DNA of 64,000 nt, taken from NCBI GenBank assembly GCA_036785375.1, contig JAWMAR010000023.1:7440001-7504000 (forward strand). Reading direction: 5' to 3'. The DNA comes from Leucoraja ocellata (Eukaryota). Positions 37,501 through 49,500 of this stretch are shown piece by piece; the first letter of the stretch is position 1, and every line of letters begins with the position of its first letter. Below the pieces are notes generated by a model. It was not told the DNA's origin. It was given only the letters and a program-made list of their open reading frames with translations, and searched no databases. The position numbers and the translations under genes are program-made.

Positions 37501-40500
37501 AAGCAGCATACCGGAGGACTGGGAGAAATTCAAAGACCAGCAGAGGAGGACAAAGGGCTTAATTAGGAAAGGAAAAATAGAATATGAAAGAAAACTGGCA
37601 GGGAACATAAAAACTGACTGCAAAAGTTTTTATAGATATGTGAAAAGAAAGAGATTAGTTAAAACAAATGTAGGTCCCTTGCAGTCAGAAACAGGGGAGT
37701 TGATCATGGGGAACAAGGATATGGCGGACCAATTGAATAACTACTTTGGTTCCGTCTTCACTAAGGAAGACATAAATAATTTGCCGGAAATAGCAGGGGA
37801 CCGCGGGTCAAAGGAGTTGGAGGAATTGAGTGAAATCCAGGTTAGCCGGGAAGTGGTGTTGGGTAAATTGAATGGATTAAAGGCCGATAAATCCCCAGGG
37901 CCAGATAGGCTGCATCCCAGAGTACTTAAAGAAGTAGCTCCAGAAATAGTGGATGCATTAGTAATAATCTTTCAAAACTCTTTAGATTCTGGAGTAGTTC
38001 CTGAAGATTGGCGGGTAGCAAACGTAACCCCACTTTTTAAGAAGGGAGGGAGAGAGAAAATGGGGAATTACAGACCAGTTAGTCTAACATCGGTAGTGGG
38101 GAAACTGCTAGAGTCAGTTATTAAAGATGGAATAGCAGCACATTTGGAAAGTGGTGAAATCATTGGACAAAGTCAGCATGGATTTACGAAAGGTAAATCA
38201 TGTCTGACGAATCTTATAGAATTTTTCGAGGATGTAACTAGTAGCGTGGATAGGGGAGAACCAGTGGATGTGGTGTATCTGGACTTCCAGAAGGCTTTCG
38301 ACAAGGTCCCACATAAGAAATTAGTATACAAACTTAAAGCACAAGGCATTGGGGGTTCAGTATTGATGTGGATAGAGAACTGGCTGGCAAACAGGAAGCA
38401 AAGAGTAGGAGTAAACGGGTCCTTTTCACAATGATAGGCAGTGACTAGTGGGGTACCCCAAGGCTCAGTACTGGGACCCCAGCTATTTACAATATATATT
38501 AATGATCTGGATGAGGGAATTGAAGGCAATATCTCCAAGTTTGCGGATGACACTAAGCTGGGGGGCAGTGTTAGCTGTGAGGAGGATGCTAGGAGACTGC
38601 AGGGTGACTTGGATAGGCTGGGTGAGTGGGCAAATGTTTGGCAGATGCAGTATAATGTGGATAAATGTGAGGTTATCCATTTTGGTGGCAAAAATAGGAA
38701 AGCAGACTATTATCTAAATGGTGGCTGATTGGGAAAGGGGGAGATGCAGCGAGACCTGGGTGTCATGGTACACCAGTCATTGAAGGTAGGCATGCAGGTG
38801 CAGCAGGCAGTAAAAAAAGCGAATGGTATGTTAGCTTTCATTGCAAAAGGATTTGAGTATAGGAGCAGAGAGGTTCTACTGCAGTTGTACAGGGTCTTGG
38901 TGAGACCACACCTGGAGTATTGCGTACAGTATTGGTCTCCAAATCTGAGGAAGGACATTATTGCCATAGAGGGAGTGCAGAGACGGTTCACCAGACTGAT
39001 TCCTGGGATGTCAGGACTGTCTTATGAAGAAAGACTGGATAGACTTGGTTTATACTCTCTAGAATTTAGAAGATTGAGAGGGGATCTTATAGAAACTTAC
39101 AAAATTCTTAAGGGGTTGGACAGGCTAGATGCAGGAAGATTGTTCCCGATGTTAGGGAAGTCCAGGACAAGGGGTCACAGCTTAAGGATAAAGGGGAAAT
39201 CCTTTAAAACCGAGATGAGAAGAACTTTTTTCACGCAGAGAGTGGTGAATCTCTGGAACTCTCTGCCACAGAGGGTAGTTGAGGCCAGTTCATTGGCTAT
39301 ATTTAAGAGGGAGTTAGATGTGGCCCTTGTGGCTAAGGGGATCAGGGGGTATGGAGAGAAGGCAGGTACGGGATACTGAGTTGGATGATCAGCCATGATC
39401 ATATTGAATGGCGGTGCAGGCTCGAAGGGCCGAATGGCCTACTCCTGCACCTAATTTCTATGTTTCTAAACCTGTATGATCACACGGAAAACATGCAAAC
39501 TCCTGAAAGACAGCACCCGATGGCAGGTTGGAACCTGTACCTCTGGCGCTATGAGGTAGCAACTCTAGCAGCTGTTGTCTGAAGATGCTTTCCTTCGCAG
39601 TTCATGATAACAGGTTGTCAAAGATGAAAATAACTTCCGAGTTACTGGACGAAGGAATTTTTTTATTGCGTATAAGCACGGATAGAATGTACAATGTACC
39701 AAAGTCTCAAAATTTTAAAATTTACAATAGGTTATCAAGGGGGGGGGGATGCAGTCAGCTACTCAAACTGGCCATATTTGTATATTATCCTTGGGTATCT
39801 ATACATCTTCATGTTCATGGATGCAGAGAAATTATAGAGAAAACAGACTATCTTAACACTTCATATCATGCATCACAGGCAGAGTCAGTTGAACTTGAGT
39901 TGGTTTGAGTTGAACACAATTTAACTCTGACAACAAACAAGGAAAAAACGGTCAATCTATCTCATGGAGAGTAAGCAAAATTCTGTAGTCGTACATTCTG
40001 GCAACAAACAAGGTTTGGTTTTGCGGTTTGTTGGTTCTGCCGCCGGAGAAATGACTGCCTTCTGTACCCACTCCAAAACATTAACCGAAAAACCACCAAC
40101 TGTGATGTCATAAGGCAGCCACTCACCAATGACGTTCTAACTCGTGCTCAGTTGAGTTCTTCCGTGATTCACTCAGCTCCACATTTCATCAAATTCCCGA
40201 TCCGGACATGGGCGGAAGTGTTGCTGCAAAAGAACTGACAATAGCTGTTCTTTTCACTCCAGTGTAGCCATTTATTATGGAGGTTCAGCAAATCCTGTTG
40301 GTGGATTGCATTGGGGAAATCCCAGCAACATTTAGGATTTGATAATTAGTAAGTGCCCTCTTCCCCTGACTTGCACGCGAGTCCTCCCTCACTGATTCCC
40401 TTTTATTTGAAACATTAATAATGTTTCTGTTCAAAAGGTGAAGCTTGTCCTGCTGAGTATCAGCAGCATTTCTGTTTTTAACATGGATGAAAATGCTGCA

Positions 40501-43500
40501 ACATTTATGCTGGATTAATATGTACTTGCTTTTAAAGTTTCTGAGTTATTTGTTTTGTCTTTCAGTGAGAAGGAGATTCTACATCATGACAAACATTATG
40601 AGCCGTTCTACTCTTCATTTGTGGCGTTGTCTGCACATTACATCTCAACAGTCTGTACACAAAGTGAGTATTTTTGATCAAATCTATTGTTGATAATATT
40701 TTAATACATTTCATAAAGAATTGTAATAGTTGTCAGCATGGGGAGACTGGACTCCTTGTAGTTTGATCTGGGCTGGATTTAAGCTCCAGAGATGGAGTTG
40801 TAGATTTAGGGGCACCTTGTGAGTGAGGAAATGTTCTGATAAAATTCAAGGCATTTGACCAGGTTCAGTTTGCCACTATCAACACCCTTTTACTGTTACT
40901 GATTAGATTTTGAATAACCCAAGGGCGTGCGGGTATATTACCATGTTTTGTGTGGTATGACTGAATCATTGAATTATGCAGCACAGATGGCAGTCGTTTG
41001 CCTTCTCGTTGCCTTGAAAGCTTCCTAGTTTGTCCTACTTAAAGAGTTTCTGAAGGTTTCCATGCTAGTTTAATTTATTTGCTTTTTAATACCTTAAATA
41101 GTTAATGTTTTGGAAATTTATTGTATTTGTTGCCAACTCTTCCAATATTTCTAGTTCCTAGGAACCAATTGCTGTCTGTTACTGCCGCATGTAAAATCCT
41201 GATTGAATTTTCATTAATGCGTCTCGAGAATCCAGATGAAGCATGTGCTGTTTCACAGGTAATGACTTTACTCTTCGGACTGGTTTAATTGTATGGACTT
41301 CTCTGATGAATATTCATTATCTAACAAAGTAGGATTCAATCTCCCCTTTCTCCTCATTCTTCTTTAATTTTTTCATTGGTGTTTGGGCTGGATAGTCAAT
41401 GATGGGTTCATCACCTCTCCTAGGGTTCACCTCTCCAATGGATCAAATCCCATTCCATGGCTCAAGAATGTAACACGCAAACACTCAATAGCAACATTTG
41501 TTGGAAGAGAAATTCTTTTAGAAATGGTGTTAAATTAAAGCTTTACCTCTCTCTGGATGAGCGTCCAAGATCTTTTATTTTCTCATAGCAAGTTCTTCTC
41601 ATGCTTCAAACAACTATTAACTAGCTGTAACAAGAACAGATACATCCAGTGAAATATACACCATGCTGTGTGAAAATTGTTTGGTGCTTACAGAGCTGCC
41701 AAGCAGTACGGATTTACCGTATTTTGTATGGAAATGCGATAAGAATACGGATGTATGGATTTGTTTTGTAAAATACGGATTTTTTTTAAATTGGCCCAAC
41801 TTCCTGTTTCATCTTGCTACTTAAAAAATGCAAGGATATAAAAAGTCATACTGTAACTCTAAAAATTATAGCAGATGTTCTTGCTACTTTCAGAAACCAC
41901 CTTAAAATTGATGCGTTTTACAGTGTTTTCTACTTTTCAACTATTGTTTGATTGTCATACTTCTTCCTCAGAAACACTTGATCCTATTGATCAAGGGCTT
42001 GTGCACTGGCTGCAGCCGACTGGACAGGACTGAGATCATTACATTTACAGCGATGATGAAGTCAGCCAAACTTCCGATGACAGTAAAGACTCTCTCAGAT
42101 GGTAAGCCTTTTGAATGTTAATCTCAGCTGTTTATCTTGTTGCTGTTACCCAATTTCCACGAAATCCTTGGTGTTCAGGTAAGGTCGCATTTGGAGTACT
42201 GTGTTCAGTTTTGAGCACCCTGCTATAGGAAGGATGTTATTAAGCTAGAAAAAGTGCAGAGAAGATTTGACAAGGATCTTTCCAAGATTTGAGAGGTTAG
42301 GCAGGCTAGGACTTTATCCCTTGGAGCGCAAGAAGCTTATAGAGAAGAATAAATTAATGATGGGTATAGGCAGAGCCTATTTCCGAGGGTAGGGGAATCG
42401 AGAACTAGCGGGCAGAGGCTTACGGTGAGAGGAGAAAGATTTAATGAGAACCTGAAGGATAACCTTTTCACTCAGAGTGTGATGGGTATATGGAACGAGC
42501 TGCCAGAGGAGGTAGTTGAGGCAGGTTTGAATAAACACTTGGATAGGAAAGATAGACACAAAATGCTGGAGTAACTCAACGCAGCATCTCTGGATAGAAC
42601 AAATGGGTGACGTTTCGGGTCAAGACCCTTCTTCAGACTAGGGATATGGGCCAAACAAATGCTAGTGGGACTAGATTAGATGGGATATATTGGTCAGCTT
42701 GAGCAAGTTGAGTCCAGGGGCCTGATTCCATGCTGTATGGCTGTAACAGTCTGAATCATTGATGGTTTTGTTATGCTTAATTCCAATAAAATAATTTATT
42801 TATCCAGTGGAAGATCAAAAAGACACCGTCTCTCCATTGACACCTGAACTACGACAAAAAGAAGTGCAAATGAACTTCTTAAACCAGCTGACTTCTGTTT
42901 TCAACCCAGATGTATCAAACTCATCTGCTCCATCTACTGCGACTCAGGTAAATGAATTCTGCACTTTTTTCCCCCATGTCAACAATCGTAAAATAATAGG
43001 ATTTTGATTTGGGTTATTTTAGCATGTAGTTACTTAAGGAAATTGTTTCTGACTAGAGTAGGGGACTTCTGTTAGATCTTTATTTGATGGAACACATGAC
43101 CATCTCCAATTTTTTTTTTTTTTAATTAAAAAAAAATGAAACAACACATTGTATGTTGTGAAACAACACATTCCCTCTTTCACTCTCCTTGATTATATGA
43201 AGCTATTTGCAGATTAAATATAATCTGGTAAACCTTTTTTTTTGTATACGAATAAAAAGAAACCATTCTACCCCTTACACCCGTTCTATCACTTACTGAT
43301 TTGTTTTTTAATTCTATTCACCCATATCAGCAAATCCAGGATTTTTGTTTCAAATAAGAACATCACTGCTTTTTGAGTTACCCGCCTTAATGTTTTGAAT
43401 AGTTCAATTGACCAATTTATTGTGAGTTATGACTGAATTATTACCTGTATCATGATGTAGCTGTGTATCTGCAAGAAGCTGTTGATTGCAATCATAATCT

Positions 43501-46500
43501 CCATTTTATTTTCTAAGTGGTTATTGTCAGTTAAGCCTAGATGGGAATCTAGGTTCAAGGTGAAAATATAAGGATTTTTACCCAAAGATATTATTTTTAA
43601 TCTGTTGATTTAATCTATTTTAATCTGTCCTTTATTAGTTCTGCAAATAGTTAGAACAGGTAGTTGAAAACATGACATACGAGAGAGAGAGTGGTTGGCA
43701 TTGGTGGGGAATTAAACTCCAACACAGACTGGTGCAGCTGCCCAGCTTATCTTCTTCATGTGAATTTTGAGTATCTTTTTTAATTTGTCAGGTGGATGGA
43801 GAAAGTGATGACCAGACTGTAACAGATCAAGCAACAGTTACCAAGATGAAAAACGCATTCATTGCACAGAACGTGTCCAGTTTACAAGCATTGGGTGAGT
43901 TTAAATGTGAAAACTTCACCCTAAAGAGAGCTGCAGTGGAATGTTATTATTTTAAAGCAATTTGAGTCGTTCCTATAACAAATGTGATGACAAATGTTAC
44001 ATAAACTTATAGACGTCAAACTTGCTTACAGACGTTAAAAATAGCAAATTAATTGGGCTGTTTGAGAAGTAGCTGCAGATGCTGGAAAATCGATGGTAGA
44101 CAAAAATGCTGGAGAAACTCAGCGGAGCTGCATTTAAAAGAAAGTCGGAGGTGGTTTGTAAAAACATTGCCAATAAGAGAGTCATTGCATATAAGAGTCA
44201 AGGTCCAAGTAACTGAATGAATTGAATGTTGGCTTGGAGTTGGGAAGTATATATTGGAATGACCTGTGCTGGGGCCAATGTTGTTTTATATGTACGTGAA
44301 CATATGCACAATTTTCACCTTGTTCAGTGCAATTGAGAAATGGGACTGAATTTGTGCTCTACAAAGCCATATTTGTGGCCCTTATGTTAGTCTATTTTGC
44401 CTGATCTGAACCATTATTTTCTGCTATAAATATGAGGCTGGTAACGGGAGGTAAAATAACAAAAACAGACTTGGTTGGTAGTCCCCTTTCTGCGGAGTTT
44501 AATGTTATAATAGAGCGATTGTTTCTATTTTCTCTTTCTCTCTTTTCTAGGGTCTATTTTCTCACTTTACTTCCTTCTCTAACTTCTTTCCTAAGGGGCT
44601 TTCTTTTCCTTACACTCTTGCACTGCACGACTCTCTTGCACTTTCTTTACTTTCCTTACTTCTACCTTTTTCTTAAAGCTCAAAAAAAAAAAATGAAGCG
44701 GTACAAAAAATGTATTAAGATATATGGGTTGTGTAGAATTGTAATTTACCTTACTTCTAATAATAAAAAATAAATAAATAAATAAATTTTAAAAATAAAT
44801 AAATAAATATGAGGCTAACAGATTTATAGTCATGCTTATCTTTTCCCTTCAAATAAATATGTAGCATTTGCTGTTTTCAGCCTTTATGCTGTAGTTTCTG
44901 TTTTCAAAGTATCTTCCTTAGTGGCTCTGCTCTCACTGCGTATATGATAATTAATATCTCCAGTTCATGATAATTAACATGTTCGTTTTACTTTATGTTA
45001 AAGCCAAACATACTTAGAATATGATCTTGTATCATTGCGGTTGGTTAATTTGCTTGTGCTCGATCTTGTTTGCATTTAACGATGTTAAAGGAAGAATATT
45101 TACTTGACATTTTGCAGGAGGCTCTGAGAAGCTGTTGCGGGTCTGCTTAAACCTTCCCTACTTCCTGCGATATATTAACCGTTTCCAAGATGCTGTCTCT
45201 GCCAACTCCTTTTTCATTATGCCTGCTACAGTTGCAGACGCAACTGCAGTACGGAATGGGTGAGTTGTAAACATTCAGTGGGGACTGATGAGAGACTTTC
45301 AATTTTCATGTCATTGGTTAAAACGTATTGATTGATGTGAGGCAAATTATCACGTTTGTGTCTCGGGTAATACATTTTGAATGGTTAATTTGCTCTGGGT
45401 AGAAATTTGACTGATCCACATGTCTTTTTAAACACTAGCGGGGTGTGATTTTTGATTTCTCCCATACATTGTTTTTTAAATATTCTCTTTTAACGCTATA
45501 TCTTCAGATTCCACTCCTTGGTTATTGACGTTACCATGGCACTGGACACGCTCTCGTTGCCTGTTCTTGAGCCCCTGACCCCTGAAAGATTACAGGATGT
45601 GACTGTATTAGCACTGAGTTGTTTATATGCAGGTCTGTATACGAACAAATAAAATGTCTTTCCAAGGCTGGGAAACAGCAGATTAAAGTGAATGTGTCCT
45701 TTTAAATGTCATTTTCATGAGAGGAATTGTGAAAGTAGGTCTGGTAGAAACCATACCCAATGTTCTTTGTCAATAGGATTATATATTGAGCAATGTGGTT
45801 ATTTTGTTAACATTTCATGTTAATTTTCTTTCAGTTGTCATGCATGTTATAATCATAGAATGGTTATAGCACAGATGGAGCAATTTGGTCCATTATTCCC
45901 CTGCCCACTCTCTTACCAGGCAGCTCACGAATTCTACCCCACCCTGCCTTTTCTCTACAGCTTTGACAATTTTCCCTCCCCATAAAATTTATCCAGCTGC
46001 CTCTTGAGGGCCTTGGTGGAATCTGCCAATTCCGAACCTACAGATTTCAACTATGTACTGTGCAAAAAAGCACCCCATGTCAGTATTTCATACCTGTATC
46101 TAATCTTTGACCCTTCAACCACAGGAACATTATCAACCCTATCCGGATCTCATCATTTCTGTCAGGTCTTCCTCAGCCTCTTCCCTACAGAACATATTCA
46201 GAGCCCCAATCTATCCTTTATACTTTAGTTTCTTATTCCTGGAACAATTTTCATAAATCTCTCCTGAACCTTATCTAATGCCATCACATCCTTCCAGATG
46301 CAGTGATCAGGAGTGAGCACAGTTGAGTGTGGACCAGTGAATGATAAAGATCTTTCCTTCTTAATGCATAACATCCCTTCCTTTATACTTTGTCTCAGTT
46401 CATGATGCCCAGAGGTACATGTGCCTTATTTCTTAATCTGCTTTGCCATGTTTAATGATGTCAACCCTGTCCACTGGTCCAGCAGTTCATGCATGCCTTT

Positions 46501-49500
46501 TAGTACAATATCTTTTATATTGCTGCTCAGTTTCCTCTAAAAATGAATCAACTAACATTTATTTTCATTAAAACATCATCTTTCATAAGCCATTTTTCCA
46601 GCCTAGCTAGAAAATGCTGCAATTTTATCAATTGCCTTTTTGCAATACTGCCAATATTTGTGTCATCTGCAAATTTAGAAATTGTGGTTTGCATACTTAT
46701 GTCTTGGATCAGAAAAGGAGATGGTTCTAGCACAGCTTCCTGTGGAGTATCATTATTCATCTTCCCTGGTGCATTATTGAACAAGCATTGACAACAATCT
46801 GTTATCTGTTACTAGGACAACTTAGTGTTCATGCTCTCAATTTCATTTTTATGCCAGGAGCCTCATCTTTACTAATGAGCACCTTATCAAAATGCCTTTT
46901 GTAAGCTCACACGCAACTGCATTACCCTCATCAACCTTATTCGTCATGTCATTAAAATCAAATCTAATTTGATTTGTACTTGTATGCTTGCATTAATTAA
47001 TTCATTTCCTCCAGTTGAATCTTAATAATATTCCCAATCAAAGATTCTGAGAAGTTTGAGATTAAACTGTTAGACATGTAATATTTGTCACTCTACAGTT
47101 CTCAGGCCCAGCCCCTGTATCCAAAGAGTGATGAAAAATGATGGTCAGTGGCCTCATAATTTCTTCCCATACTTGCGTGAAAATCCTAGCCACCATTGAT
47201 GCAGATGTTTTTTATATGTTAATAACCCAAAGCTCTTTGTTTTCCTAGTAAATACAAATGATTTCTTATTTAATCTTTCCTTTTGAAGGCCATAAAGTTG
47301 GTTTCTAATCATACAATCTAAACCAGATTTGAATGTTTTAAAATTGTTAATTTCTAGTATTCTTTCACTAGGAGTGAGTGTTGCGACATGCATGGCTATT
47401 CTACATGTAGGCAGTAGCTTGCAAGTTCGATCTGGATCTACCAGTAAAGATGAAGACTATGAAAATGATGCAGCTACAATTGTACAGAAATGTGTAAGTG
47501 CTGTATGACGAGATGTATTTTAAAGTATTGCAATTAATCTTTGGAATAATGCAAGCACTCGGGGATAAATTCGATTTGTTTTTGTTTTCGTGGTATTAAT
47601 GTTGTTCAGATAAAAGCGAGTGGTGTTACTCTGCCAAGCCAGATGCTGGTTAGAATAAGATAGTGATCAATCAGGGAATATGTTGAGGAGAATCCCAATT
47701 TCATGCAGGCATTTGAGTTGTCATTGTCTTAAGCAGTCCCTTGGCATCAAGGAGGACTTTTCCTCCTTCGGTTCTGAGGTGACTGACGAGGCCATTGTGG
47801 GAACCACAGACATTTTGGGCTAGTCTAAGTGCCTCATGTTACGGGCAGGTGGGTGGTTTGTGAGGCACATACTAGGATGTCTGTTGCGATTCCTAGTGCC
47901 ATCCTGTGTGCTGCTATGTCACAGTCCTGATTCCCAGAATGTACTTTCTCAAGTAGTTGCAAGATCATCCTTGGATCTCCAGTGCCTTCTTCTTCAGGAG
48001 TTTTGTTTCTTTATGAAGTTTTTTTTTCACATGCTTGTCCTGTCAAGGATGAGGGCAGTCCTTTTGTATGTTTCACATCAGCTGCATTGGAACTGCTACA
48101 AGATAAATTCACGTAGTTATTATGGCTAACTGGATCTGAGCAGGTTAACAGATTAAAGGACTATGCTAAAGGCACGTCTTGAACCTTTCTGCAGGATATA
48201 TTCTAATTCTGACAATTTTCAGTTTTTGTTCAACTTGGTTTAGTTAGGAACCATGCTCTTTGTTAATAATTTAAAGCATCAACAATGGGGTTGTCATTCA
48301 GCTATATAACATGTGTTGCTGTAAGCCGTAAAACTCAAGGTATGAATCATCTTGCCATTGTCCTCCTTCTCCACGTTCTGGCTCTGCGGGTGTGATATGG
48401 ATGTATATAAGGCATTTCCTGATTGCTTGAATGCAGCACTAAATTAATATTTCATTTATTATTGCAGTTGGAAATTTATGACATGATCGGTCAAGCAATT
48501 AACAGCTCACGACGCGCAGGTGGGGAGGTAAGATGTCTCTGTAGTACGTTTGGTATGCTTCATTGGTTGGGGCATTTCAGCACAAGAATCAGGAAGTCAT
48601 GTTGCAGCCCTAAAACTTTGGTTTCGCTGTATTTGGAGTATTGTCTGGCTCTTAGCATCCAATTACAGGGATAATGAGGGTATAAAGAAGTCCATCAAGA
48701 TGCGGCCTGGATTGGAGTGCAATGGTTATGAGGAGAGAATGGACAGACTTGGATTATTTCCCTCTGGAATCTTTGTGGTTGAGGGGAGACAAAATTATGA
48801 AAGGCATTAGTCGGTTGGATAGGTCAGAATTGTAGTTTAATTTGGTTGAATTAATCTCGTTCATCACAGATCTCACGGGCCAAAGGGCCTGTTCCTGTGC
48901 TGTACAGCTGTCCTGTACTAATTGCTAATGTTAGTCCCCGGATAGCAAACTCTGTGTCTCAGGTCCAATTGAATTCCATGCACAATCTGGATGATGCAGG
49001 TTCAATGACGGTGCGAGATTGGAAACTCCAGAAGACTTGCCTAGTAACAAACTGGACTCAGACATGAGAGCATTGTGTCCGAGACCAGATGGTGTGCGTT
49101 GGCAGATTGATGCTCTGGCCCTTGGAGTTCTTACTTTAATTAACGTGGAAGTCAGACGATGGAGATATTATTGAAATAGATTCATAATAATCCCATAGAT
49201 TCTGCTCTATTGCAGTGTACTGATGGAAGTGTTCTGCAATCGTCTTGTATGTTCCCAGTCTGTCAACCGATTGTTTAAGAAGGAACTGCAGATGCTGGAA
49301 AATCGAAGGTAGACAAAAGTGCTGGAGAAACTCGGCAGGTGCAGCAGCATCTATGGAGCGAAGGAAATAGGCAACGTTTCGGGCCGAATCCATAGATGCT
49401 GCTGCACCCGTTGAGTTTCTCCAGCACTTATGTCGACCTGTTAACCGATTGTCTCAGTTCGATATGTATAGGTTATCAAGCCAGTAATTTTGTCCTCTGA

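Noticed and set aside
37283-39379. 383-aa, 95-aa and 216-aa ORFs as a novel reverse-transcriptase gene or readthrough system
   Set aside because: They are one 5'-truncated CR1 ORF2 broken by point nonsense mutations. The first Met comes from the flanking SINE.
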